DNA of 64,000 nucleotides, from the NCBI RefSeq assembly GCF_006345805.1, contig NC_043000.1, positions 152,644,001 through 152,708,000 on the forward strand, in the 5' to 3' direction. Made by a program: the position numbers and the translations under genes. The notes below the pieces were generated by a model. It was not told the DNA's origin and did not search any database. It worked only from the letters and a program-made list of their open reading frames with translations. The stretch is from Octopus sinensis (lineage: Eukaryota). Positions within the stretch are counted from its first letter, which is position 1, and each line of letters opens with the position of its first letter. Of this stretch, positions 13,204-24,600 are shown piece by piece.

Positions 13204-13240
<37 letters not shown>
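12527..13240. repeat. Tandem duplication, 344-bp period
   Basis: gggcaactcacatagg at 12527 and 12871; identical ORFs at 12576 and 12920. Confidence 0.95.
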
Positions 13241-13242
<2 letters not shown>

Positions 13243-13590
13243 ATGTCGTGAAGTATATTTGCCACTTAAATGTCGCTAGCCCTTAAGGGTGGATGCTACT
13301 GTAGCTTGTAACCCCAGGAGCACACCTCCTCCAGCTGGCTATTGACACACTTTCTGTACCCAATCAACATTTGCAAATGGAAGCCATCCTTCCCATCTTC
13401 AATCTGACATGATACACACGAACTCGAGTTTCTGGGTATTGACCCGTCATCAGCGTGTGTCATTCATCGATTGCCGATGAAAAGTGGGTTCCCTTTGCAA
13501 ATATATCCTTTTTCCAGTGACGAAAAGTCACTGATATCGAAAAAGTGTAAACAAGCAATAATAAATCTCTGAGCGAGGTATAAACAGTAG
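13243..13590 (-). mobile_element. About 350-bp hammerhead-bearing repeat unit, inverted copy
   Basis: Reverse complement of about 18020-18355. Confidence 0.85.
13415..13459 (-). ncRNA. Type I minimal hammerhead ribozyme
   Basis: CACACG-CTGATGA-C-GGGT(CAAT)ACCC-A-GAAA-C(TCGA)G-T-T-CGTGTG. Confidence 0.75.
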
Positions 13591-14167
13591 ATTATTAGAT
13601 TTATAATATATATACATATATATATATAATAAATCTCTCCCTCTCTCTCTCCCTCCCCTCTTTCTCTTTTTCTCTCTCTCGCTGCTCACACGAGACCATC
13701 GCCTATCTTTCTTTCCCTCACGCGACCATCTTTCTTTTCCTACACGGACGTTCTAAGGACTGTGCGTCTTCTATCTGTCTCTTCTATCTTTTCTCTTTTC
13801 AAAGAAAATATTTCTCCCAGCGTTCACTACCCTTCCCCTCATTCTGGTTTAACGACCCTCCATGTTTGTTTTCGTTCGGTTTCCTTGTATGTCTCTAGTG
13901 TCCTGTTTTTGTTTCCAACTTTAACCCTCCATAAAATCCAAAATTTATTTGGGAAATTATGGGAGCAACTGTCTTCGAAGACTCATATTGTCGTTGAATG
14001 CTCGAAATGTGGAGTAGATAGAAAGAGAGCAGACAACTGATGAAGGGTCGTTTTTTGTCTTACTTATTCTCGTTGTATTTAACTCGCTTGTTTTCGTATT
14101 TCATGTTGTTTACAGTTGGTGACACCCTGTACCCATATATGCGTATACATGTATGTATGTATGTATG

Positions 14168-14199
<32 letters not shown>

Positions 14200-14222
14200 T
14201 ATTATGTAACATTAAAAGTTAC

Positions 14223-15670
14223 ATTAAAGATGATTTGGACATGTTAAACCGCCTCCAAAAAAAAAGAGTAAAGGAAAAAAGAACGTATGGTCTCCTTTGA
14301 TGTTGTAGACCTGTAAACTAATATCTCCCATAATTATGGATTAGAAGCAATTCAGCTCTAGCTGGAAATATATCCTAAAGAAATACCGGAACGTATTAGC
14401 AAAGAGTTCATAATTGAATCATTAAAAATTATTCTCCAGCAAAATCACTTCATGTTTGACACCACTGTATACCGACAATTTGGAGTCGCAATGGAAACCA
14501 AGGCAATCCCCGTTCTGGCAAACTTGACAGTGGGCTATTTGGAACTGACAGTATATCAGGAGTCACTCACAAAATTCGGAAATGTCCTTTCCCAATACAT
14601 AAGGGAAAATCAGAAAAGACATTGACCGTTTCATTCTGTGGAGTGAGAACATGGAGAAACTTTTGGAATTAAAAAGACTTCTCAATAGCATAAAAACAAA
14701 TATACAATTCACAATGAAACACAACAAAAAGGAACTGCCTTTTTTAGATATACTAATAAAAAAAGTAGATAAAAAATAGAAACTGACATATTTTACGAAA
14801 CTACAGACTCGAAACAATGCTTATTATTTAGCTCATGCCACCAGAGACATATTAGAATAAATATCTGGCGAGAAGAATCTGCACTATAGTGTCGGAAAAA
14901 AACACCAGGGAACTCGGGCTACAAGAACTTAAAAATATACTCGTCGACAGACACTACCCAACTTCGCTTATAGATGATGGAATTAAACTTGCGAAAAGAA
15001 TTAATGTACAAATACTAAGAGTAGTCAAACAAAACAACGCACCCACCCTAAAAATATTACCTTATATTTCCACACACAACTCCAGAAACAACGAAGCATA
15101 TAACACTATTATCCAAACCTTTCCAATACTACATAAGGACCCTAAGCTGTATGAAATTCTACGCACCCATAAAATTATTAAAAGCAACAAATAGCCAAAA
15201 CCACTAAAGCAGATACTCACAAGTGCAAAACTATACTTGAAAATAACGGAAGCAAGTGTTTAAAAATGTGGACGACTGAACTGTGGAACATATCCCGACC
15301 TAATAGAAGGCTCAGAATTCCGTTTTAAACAAGGACAAAGTTTTTTAATTAAAACAGACTTCACTTGCGCCTCTGAAAATTTTATCTACGTCATAGCATG
15401 TTCCTGCTGCAGTAGGAACTATATAGGTTCAACATGAATGTCTCTAAGACATAGATCTACACTACACAGGTAACAAATCTGCCCCCGCCTCAATACCGTC
15501 AAATACCACTCAGTGGTCATATAGACAGATGTGCTAAGGAAGGTCAACCACAGTTCACAATATTCCGACTTAACCAATGCACGGAAAGGACCTCAACTTA
15601 GCTATAACTAAATAAAGTACGACTACATTTATTGAAAAATACAAACCAGAACCTAACATGAACATTTAAT
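14223..15670 (+). mobile_element. Penelope-like retroelement (RT plus GIY-YIG endonuclease with Cys-rich linker, Neptune-like), decayed
   Basis: Broken translation SFDVVDL*TNI; GVAMETKAIPVLANLTVGYLE; IQFTM...LPFLDILI...ETDIF; KCGRLNCG...FTCASENFIYVIACSCC...YIGST. Confidence 0.85.
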
Positions 15671-16429
15671 GGACATCACAGAAAAAACCCCAGAAAAGGA
15701 GAAAAAAGATTTAGCTAAGAAAATATATCCACTGATAAAATACATTATATTCACTGATTATCTTCCTTGAACTATATTCTCCCGTATAGCCGCAAAACTG
15801 TATCATACCTGCTTCTACGCAAGATTAAATCAAAAACTTATGATTTCATAACATTGAGTCATGATTAATGAAGTAAAGCCGGTCGACTCTGTACATATTG
15901 TAATGTATTAAATAATCTTTATCTACACAAACAAGATTTCTGTGCTTTTTCACCTTAAATCTTATGTATGTATGTATGTATGTATGTATATTGTATATAG
16001 GGAGCAGTTTTTCTTTTAAGCATGTCATATTGAAAACACGACTATGTTTTAAACTAAATTATTTTTTTTAATTAAAGATTATTTTATCTCCACATCAGGC
16101 CCGTAGAGCTCATTTACAACAATGAAGTACTCAAATTCATATTTTTCATCATTTCCAGGCTATCCCAGACTTACCTTCAGGATTTGGAATGGTTTGGGCT
16201 TCTGTGCTGTCCTTTCTTTAATGGGCAGCTTATATGTATACAGATTTTCCCACGACAACTTGACCGTCAGAGTGTTTAGTGTTTTGCAGAGTGCTTATTG
16301 TTTAGTGTTTTGCTTCATCAGATTTGCAGTTGTGACGTGTGTATGTTGTATGTTAAGTGCAGCCTGTTGTTGCGATATTGGTACTACTTCTGTAAGCAAT
16401 CTGCTATGCATGTGGAATTTCTAGAGGAT

Positions 16430-16501
16430 ATGGATGCATACGTACGTATGTATGGATGTATACATATGTACGTATATATGTTTGGATGTAAACGTACATA
16501 C

Positions 16502-16532
<31 letters not shown>

Positions 16533-16905
16533 TGTATGTATGTATGTACGTATATATGTATGCATGTATGTATTTATATATGTATGTATGCATGCATGGA
16601 TGTATGTATGTATATATGTATGTATATATGTTTGTATGTATGTATGCATGTATGTATGTATATATGTATGTATATATGTTTGTATGTATATATGTATGTA
16701 TATATGTTTGTATGTATATATGTATGTATATATGTTTGTATGTATGTATGCATGCATGTATGTATGTATATATGTATGTATGTATGCTTACATGCATGTA
16801 TGTATGCATGCATGTATGTATATATGTATGTATGTATATATGTATGTATGTATGCATGTATGTATGTATGTATGCATGTATGCATGTATGTATGTATGTA
16901 TGTAA
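16430..16905. repeat. Long degenerate (ATGT/ATGC/ATAT)n microsatellite
   Basis: Read directly. Confidence 0.95.
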
Positions 16906-17798
16906 TGCTTTCTTATACCACTTACTTAACGATTACACACACAAAATGCTTCCATACTCCACTTAGAATTAGAGTTTGGGTAAGGGTTCGTACATTACGG
17001 TACTTCCACATCTGTACACACATAAATAATGCTAAAAAAAAAGAAGGATAAAGCTTCTTCCCAAGTCATATACACTCAAAAATCCAGTTTCCCGGTTTCT
17101 CTGGTGTATATATTTCCCATTTGGGCGGGACACTACATGGTTTTTATTGTTAGCTGAGTGAACTGCAACGACATGAAATGAGAGGTGGTTTGCTCATGAA
17201 CACAATGCATTGCTCAGTCTAGTAATGGAAATCAAAATCTTATAACCATGAGTTCAACAACCTAATCATTAAGCCACGAGCCGGTACACTCACATATATA
17301 GACTACACTAAGATAAATACAGGCGATCCTCCCTCTTATTCTCGCTTCCAGACATTGCTATACCCCAATACCTGCATATAGGTACTCGTTCCTTTCTCTT
17401 TTCTTAGCTCATCTCTAGTTTCTAACCTTTTGCACAGTACTTCTATGTACAGCTGCCCTGTTTACACACATCACATGCTCTCACCACCACAGTTATTTTG
17501 TCTTGTATAGAACATCTTATTCTCAGCAATATAAAACATATGTCACGTCACTGTGAAAATATGCATGGGCTGCAGCAAAAAAATCTTTGTAATCTTCAGA
17601 AAGAAAAACATCAAAAAGTGTTGTCCAAAGAAAGCTCACTAACACAATGAACAGGTCCAACATTATTGGTGCTTTAGTAAATATATGCATTCAGTTGTAA
17701 TAAATCTCGATGAAAAGTAGGCCTCCTTTTGCAAAAGTATCCTTTTTCCAGTGACGAAAAGTCACTGAGGTCTACTCTTCATCGACAACAGTAATTGT

Positions 17799-17843
17799 CA
17801 CACGCTGATGACGGGTCAGTATCCAGAAACTCGAGTCCGTGTG
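17799..17843 (+). ncRNA. Type I minimal hammerhead ribozyme (GUC cleavage triplet)
   Basis: CACACG-CTGATGA-C-GGGT(CAGT)ATCC-A-GAAA-C(TCGA)G-T-C-CGTGTG; stem I is a perfect 6-bp helix. Confidence 0.8.
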
Positions 17844-18150
17844 TATCATAGGTTGAAGACGGGAAGGATGGCTTTCCTTTGCAACAACTGATAGGGCACA
17901 GAAAGTGTGTCAGTAGCCAACTGGAGGAGGTGTCCTCCTGGGGCTACAAGCTATAGTAGCATCCACCCTTAGGGGTTAGCCACATTTAAATGGCAAATAT
18001 ACTTCACGATGTCGTGCAGCTACTGTTTATACTTCGCTCAGAGATTTATTATTGCTTGTTTACACTTTTTCGATATCAGTGACCTTTCCTCACTGGAAAA
18101 AGGATAGATTTGCGAAGCGAGGCCTACTTTTCATCGACAACTGTGATTGT

Positions 18151-18195
18151 CACACGTTGATGACGGGTCAGTATCCAGAAACTCGAGTCCGTGTG
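18151..18195 (+). ncRNA. Type I minimal hammerhead ribozyme, C3U core variant
   Basis: Same as 17799-17843 except TTGATGA. Confidence 0.65.
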
Positions 18196-19039
18196 TATCA
18201 TAGGTTGAAGACGGGAAGGATGGCTTCCCTTTGCAAATACTGATAGGGTACAGAAAGTGTGTCAATAGCCAGCTGGAGGAGGTGTGCTCCTGGGGCTATA
18301 AGCTACAGTAGCATCCACCCTTAAGGGTTAATGACATTTAAGTGGCAAATATACTACATTCAGTTGATCATTAATTAAACCAAATACAAAATAAATGAAT
18401 TTAAATAGATAATCAATCCAATGATAAAGCTAAGCACGTTAATGACAAGCTGAATGTAAACAAAATGGTAATTATACAGAAATGAATATTATAAATTAAT
18501 TGCTGTGTGAATAACGAATTAATTAACAAGTCAATGATTAAATAGGGCATGTATCAATGTATGTATGGAAATACGTGATGGAAAGAATTTCGGACAAACG
18601 CACATCTGGTTGGGAAGGGTGAAAATGAGAAGAAAAAGAGACAGAGATCTGCAAACAAAAAGATAGATGAAAGCCTAATTGCTTTGGAGAAAAAACATAT
18701 CGACCCATAGATATATGTAATTAAAAAAATTTATGAGAATAGTTGAAATCACATGGGATTAGAGATCTTGTAAATAACATTAATTTTTTTTTGTATAGAA
18801 GCACAAGTTTATTGACTCCAATTCTTCACTGGTACTTTATTCTATTGACTCCAGAAGGATGAACAACAGAGTTAACTTAGATGGGATTTAAAATTTGAGA
18901 CCAATGGGATGTAATTAAATATCACAAAGATCACCCATCTCAAATGATAATGACTGCGTAAAGGTTATTGACACGAATAATTTGATTTGCTTAATTAGAG
19001 AAGGAAATTTGCGAATTAGTTTTAATGTCAAAAGAATCA

Positions 19040-19560
19040 TCATCATCATTTAACGTCCGCTTTCCATGCTGGCATGGGTTGGACGGTTCAACTGGGGTCT
19101 GGGAAGCCAGTAGGCTGCACCAGGCTCCAGTCTGATCTGGCAGTGTTTCTACAGCTGGATGCCCTTCCTAACGCCAACCACTCCGTGAGTGTAGTGGGTA
19201 CTTTTTACGTGCTATCGGCATGGAGGCCAGTCGTGCGGCGCTGGCTACGGCTACGTTCTGATGGTTCTCTTATGTACCACCGGCACTGGTATCACAGCTA
19301 CAAATTCCATTGATGTTGATAGATTACGATTTTGATTTTCACTTGCCTCAACAGGTCTTTACAAGTGGAGTTTTGTGTCCCAAGAAGGGAAGGTATGCAT
19401 AAGTGGGCTGGCTACATCCCAGGTGTAGGCCACGGGATTATGGCCTCACTTGTCCTGCTGGGTCTTCTCACGCACAGCATACTTCCATAGGTCTCGGTCT
19501 CTAGTTATTTCCTCGGTGAGACCTAAAGTTTGAAGGTCGTGCTTCACCACCTTGTCCCAG
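19040..19560 (-). mobile_element. SINE family C / RTE LINE 3' end
   Basis: (cat)n tttaacgtccgc tail, followed by RTE C-terminal coding remnant (RGRPKKTWDKVVKHD on the minus strand). Confidence 0.8.
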
Positions 19561-19699
19561 GTTTTCTTGGGTCTACCTCTTCCGTCAAAAGAATATACTT
19601 AATTAATTTAATTCTTTTTAACTCTCAAAGTTCCACAAGTTACGAAGTACATTCCAGAAGTGTTGAGAATTTTGTGAGGAGAGGTAGTTATAATTGTCC

Positions 19700-19930
19700 T
19701 GAATTATTGTAATTTTAGTATATCATTACCTGGATCAAGCCAGGGAGCTGAGGAGACTGTGAGAGACCAAGACAACAATTATTCCTGTGGTAAACTTGGC
19801 ACAAGATCCAAAATGCTACCTAAAAGACTGAAAGAAATTGGAATTGAAACTCGCATTGTCGGCCTGCAGAAAAGTAGCATCATATATTCTGTAACAATCC
19901 TAAGAAAGATTCTTAAGATTTGAGGAAATT
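19700..19930 (+). mobile_element. R4/Dong-like element 3' end (similar piece at about 21325-21470)
   Basis: ARELRRL...IIPVV...LKEIGIETRIVGLQKSSI...ILRKIL. Confidence 0.65.
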
Positions 19931-19982
19931 TGTCACAAAGCCTCAAGATAAAATTACCTGCTAACTAATTTAGCATGCACTA

Positions 19983-19983
<1 letters not shown>

Positions 19984-20035
<52 letters not shown>

Positions 20036-20060
20036 TTAATAATAATAATAATGATAATAA

Positions 20061-20091
<31 letters not shown>

Positions 20092-20203
20092 AATGATAAT
20101 AATAATACTAATAAATAAATTAATTAATTCTTTTATCATAATAATAATAATAATAATAATAATAATCATAATAATAATAATATCATAATAATAATAATAA
20201 TAA
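19984..20203. repeat. (AAT)n microsatellite
   Basis: Read directly. Confidence 0.97.
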
Positions 20204-20204
20204 T

Positions 20205-20480
20205 CGACTGGCTTCCGTGCCGGTGGCACGTAAAATGCACCAATCCGACCGTGGGCATTGCCAGCCTCGCCTGGCACCTGTGCAGGTGGCACGTAAAAAG
20301 CACCCACTACACTCACGGAGTGGTTGGCGTTAGGAAGGGCATCCAGCTGTAGAAACATTGCCAGATAAGACTGGAGCCTGGTGCAGCCTTCTGGCTTCCC
20401 AGATCCCCGGTCGAACCATCCAACCCATGCTAGCATGGAGAACGGACGTTAAACGATGATGATGATGATGATGATGATGA
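20205..20480 (+). mobile_element. SINE family C
   Basis: Homologous to the other family C copies, (GAT)n tail. Confidence 0.85.
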
Positions 20481-20869
20481 TATTCCGCAGAATATTTGTT
20501 AAGTAGACTTGCTGTAAGATATGTCCCAGTGTGTAAATTCTTATGGTTTTTGGACACTAAGGTTTATGTGATGAAGTGAATCTTCGCGTAATTTGTGGTA
20601 TTAACAATGTTATGTATAATGAAAGGTGCATACAAAAATCACTAGTCTACAAACAGACATTCATAGCGTTGTGCACAAGTTAACAAGCAAATTTATTATT
20701 GTAAAAATGTCGTGATGACTAAGTAAATTCAACTATGTATGCACACACGTAACCTCCTAACTAATTATTTATATAAAATACAAAAAGGGTGAAATATAAT
20801 TAATTTAATAAAATTAATAAATTTCACCTAGTAGTTTTATCGGTATGGAAAATACCATATTTGGTAAGG

Positions 20870-21052
20870 ATTATATTAATTATAATAAAGGGTTAATTGC
20901 AACAAGTTGCTCAAAACCACATACTGAAAATATTAGAAATGGCAGCTAAATAGGTCACCATTTCTCCTACTAGTAAAAAACTCTCCACAAACAAACAGAA
21001 TGTGGTTTTGAACAACTTGTTGCAATTAACCCTTTATTATAATTAATATAAT
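20870..21052. repeat. 53-bp inverted repeat pair around a 77-bp spacer (MITE-like)
   Basis: 20870-20922 versus 21000-21052, one mismatch seen. Confidence 0.85.
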
Positions 21053-21687
21053 TATTTATATACATATATGGCAAATGAGACTTCTGCAATGTCTTACTGA
21101 GCCCCCGGTTTGCTGAACAACCTGCACAGACGGTTTTTTTTTTTCTAGTGATCCAATGTTTGCGCTGTGCGTAAGCTTACTCCCTTCATCACATCAACAT
21201 TTCCCTGTACAGGAGCATGTTTTACCACACTTCACTATCAAAGTGATCGCTGACCAGATTCAAATATTAGGTTTGATCTATTTTAGTTTCCTGTACCCAG
21301 AATAGTATGACGCCATACATTTCCAAATGGAATTGAAACTCGCATTGTCGATCTGCAGAAAAGTATCATCCTGTATTCCGCAAGAATCTCAAGAAAGATT
21401 CTTGAGATTTGAGGCATAGAACAGGGTTCTGGTGGCAAGTGCTTTCCTTCTTTTTCATCCTACGATGGACCGTAAAAACCCTTGCTCAGGTCCCGTGGAA
21501 GAACTTCCACATCAACATACATATGTACATACACACAAGCATACATACGTATATCAAGTTTTGTCATAAGCTTAATGATGCTCAAGCTCAAATCATCCAG
21601 AATATTCAGCAGGCTTTTGGCAATGAAGCCATGGGCAACGCTCAGATCAAGAAGTGGTACAACTGTTTCAAACATAGCCAACGATAG

Positions 21688-22080
21688 GCACAGGCGTGGC
21701 TGTGTGGTAAGTAGCTTGTTTACCAACCACATGCTTCCGGGTTCAGTCCCACTGCGTGGCACCTTGGGCAAGTGTCTTCTGCTATAGCCTCGGGCCGACC
21801 AAACCCTTGTGAGTGGATCTGGTAGACGGAAACTGAAAGAAGCCTGTTGTATATATATTTATATATATATATATATATGCGTGTGTGTGTTTGTCTCCTT
21901 AGCATTGCTTGACAACCGATGCTGGTGTGCTTATGTCCCCGTTACTTAGCGGTTCGGCAAAAGAGACCGATAGAATAAGTACTGGGCTTACAAAAGAATA
22001 AGTCCCGGGGTCGAGTTGCTCGATTAAAGGCAGTGCTCCAGCATGGCCGCAGTCAAATGACTGAAACAAGTAAAAGAAAG
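21688..22080 (+). mobile_element. SINE family A, full length
   Basis: tRNA-like head, central (TA/TG)n, 3' ...gcagtcaaatgactgaaacaagtaaaaga. Confidence 0.92.
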
Positions 22081-22305
22081 AAAGATAAAGTTAAGCACGT
22101 TAATGACAAGCTGAATATAATCAAAATTGTAATCATACAGAAATGAATATCATAAATTAATTGCTGTGTGAATAACGAATTAATTAATAAGTCAATGATT
22201 AAATAGAGCATGTATCAATGTATGTATAGAAATACGTGATGGAAAGAATTTCGGACAAACGCACATCTGATAGGGAAGGGTAAAAAGGAGAAGAAAAAGG
22301 GACAG

Positions 22306-22720
22306 GGAGGCGGCGAGCTGGCAGAAACGTTAGCACGCCGGGCGAAATGCATAGCCGTGTTTCGTCTGCCGTTACGTTCTGAGTTCAAATTCCGCCGAGG
22401 TCGACTTTGCCTTTCATCCTTTCGGGGTTGATATATTAATACCAGTTACGTACTAGGGTCGATGTAATCGACTTAATCCATTTGTCTGTCCTTGTTTGTC
22501 CTCCCTGTGTTTAGCCCCTTGTGGGTAGTAGAGAAATAGGTATTTCGTCTGCCATTACGTTGAGTTCAAATTCCGCTGAGGTCAACTTTGCCTTTCATCC
22601 TTTCGAGATCAATAAATTAAGTACCAGTAACGCACTGGGGTCGATGTAATCAACTTAATCCTTCTGTCTGTGCTTGTTTGTCCCCTCTATGTTTAGCCCC
22701 TTGTGGGCAATAAAGAAATA
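22306..22720 (+). mobile_element. SINE family B, full copy plus tandem partial copy
   Basis: ggcggcgagctggcagaaacgttag...gaggtcgactttgcctttcatcctttcggggtcga; the conserved central domain type was not resolved. Confidence 0.9.
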
Positions 22721-23679
22721 AGAAAAAGAGTCAGAGATCTGCAAACAGAAAGATAGATGGAAAGCAAGGCACGTCATTCACAAAGCAAAATGAGAAGCCA
22801 ATTGAGAAGGTTTGACGAATAGGCATGGAAGGCCGTCATCCAAGAATCCAGGAATTTGCTCATGAAGTATGGGTAAGCACAGGATTAGTGCATTCTATTT
22901 TAACGGAAAAATTGTGCACGTGTAGAGTATCAGCGTGATCGTCCCCAAGGTGCTTTCGCATGCAAATCGCTCAGGACATGCTGGGTTGTGTAAACCACAA
23001 CAAAAGCTTCATGAAGACCATCATCACTGCTGATGAGACGTAGGTTTATGGTCTCTGCTCAAAGCGATTGTTCATCTTGCATGAAAACGAAAATACACGT
23101 CAGTACTCTAGGCATAACAGCTGGGAACTGAAGCAGCATATTGGCATGAAGATTTTTCACGCATGCACAGGAAGGGTGGCGTCTCCTCCTACCTAAAGGA
23201 TTTTCTCCACGTGGCATTAATTTTGGCGGGAAAAAATCAAGTCGGACACTTTTTCAATGCAAAATTGTAATAACGCTCATTACAAGCTTGTGATAGAAAT
23301 CCCCATCATCGTTTAACGTCCGTTTTCCATGCTAGCACGGGTTGGACGGGCTAGCACGATGTATGGATTGATGATATGTATATATATATATTTACTGATA
23401 TTTAGCAGAAGTAACAGAGTAACTCAAGGGCTGACTGATTTGTGCATTGGTATTTTGTAACTCAAGTTCTGAGAGTTTTGCTTGTGTTGGCACTTTGATA
23501 AGTATCGAGGCATGAAATTCTCGGACCATGAGTCATTTTGTTACTTCGTCATCATAATTTAGCATCTGTTGTCCATGCTGGTATCTGCTGGACAGTTTGA
23601 CCAGGGCTGACATACTAGAAGGCCTAATGTTTGAAGGTCATTATATATATATATATGGAATTTGTAGTTGTGATACCAG

Positions 23680-24125
23680 TGCCGGTGGCACGTAAGAGAA
23701 CCATCCGAATGTGGCTATAGCCAGCACCTCATCGACTGGCTTCCGTGCCGGTGGCACGTAACAAACACCATCCGATCGTGGCCGTTGCCAGCCTCGCCTG
23801 GCCTCCCTGCCAGTGGCACATAACAAACACCATCTGATCGTGGCCGTTGCCAGCCTCGCCTGGCCTCCGTGCTGGTGGCATGTAAAAAGCACCATCCGAG
23901 CGTGGCCGTTCGCCAGCCTCGTCTGGCACCTGTGTCGGTGGCACGTAAAAAGCACCCACTACACTCATGGAGTGGTTGGCGTTAGGAAGGGCATCCAGAT
24001 GTAGAAACACTGCCAGATCTAACTGGACTGGTGCAGCCTTTGGGCTTCCCAGAACCTAGTTGAACCGTCCAACCCATGCTAGCACGGAAAGTGGATGTTA
24101 AACGACAATGATGATGATGATGATA
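23680..24125 (+). mobile_element. SINE family C with internal tandem array of about 60-bp units
   Basis: Repeated gcaccatccgancgtggccg...gtgccggtggcacgtaaaa units. Confidence 0.85.
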
Positions 24126-24439
24126 TATACATATAAGGTTATGTGTGCTAGAACCGGAGATAGCCATTCAAATTATGGATTAAAAGATATATTGTTATAT
24201 TACCATCATTGTTTTAATGTCCACTTTTCCATGCTTGCATGGGTTGGATCAAGTTTATTGAAGCAGACGATATTCTACTGCTGGGTGTGCTTCCTATCAG
24301 CAACCCTTACCTGTTTCCAAGCGAGGTAATATTTGCCAATGGCTGGACATGTTCTTGTACAAAATGGGAAACAAATGATACTTCTTGTGCATTTGGATTT
24401 ACATTGTAACAAACATCAATCTTTATGTGTATATAAATA

Positions 24440-24445
24440 TTTATT
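24440..24445 (-). promoter_or_regulatory. Candidate poly(A) signal (AATAAA) of DALRD3
   Basis: AATAAA about 155 nt after the stop codon, followed by a U/GU-rich stretch (attgatgtttgtt). Confidence 0.45.
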
Positions 24446-24600
24446 GTATAGATAAATAGACTCTCAAGCAGAGAGAGTAAGAAAGATATTTGCATACACA
24501 CACACATGCAGGTTCACACACACACACACACACGCACACACACACACACATACACACACACATACACACATACACAATCTGTTGGATTTTCTGCCAAATG

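Larger units (their letters stand above)
17705..18355 (+). mobile_element. Tandem pair of the about 350-bp hammerhead-bearing repeat unit
   Basis: Two head-to-tail copies; hammerhead cleavage sites at 17837 and 18189. Confidence 0.85.
21510..23260 (+). mobile_element. Mariner transposase remnants split by later insertions
   Basis: IKFCHKL...IQQAFGNEAM...IKKWYNCFK (about 21550-21680) and VHSILTEKL...MKTIITADET*VYG (about 22850-23010). Confidence 0.7.

Noticed and set aside
14030-14050. ctgatgaaggg hammerhead start
   Set aside because: Truncated, with no second stem strand or GAAA.
16150-16330. Splice-like signals on both strands and a roughly 40-codon open frame
   Set aside because: No matching acceptor-donor pair and no homology recognised.
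4257-17051. Long ORFs such as MYVCMYVC..., HTYIHTYI..., and the poly-I/L/Y/R ORFs at 19954, 24620-25117 and 26841-27056
   Set aside because: They are translations of stop-free microsatellites with no coding signal.
21688-21790. tRNA gene-like heads with A/B boxes
   Set aside because: They continue into SINE bodies and lack full cloverleaves; these are SINEs, not tRNA genes.
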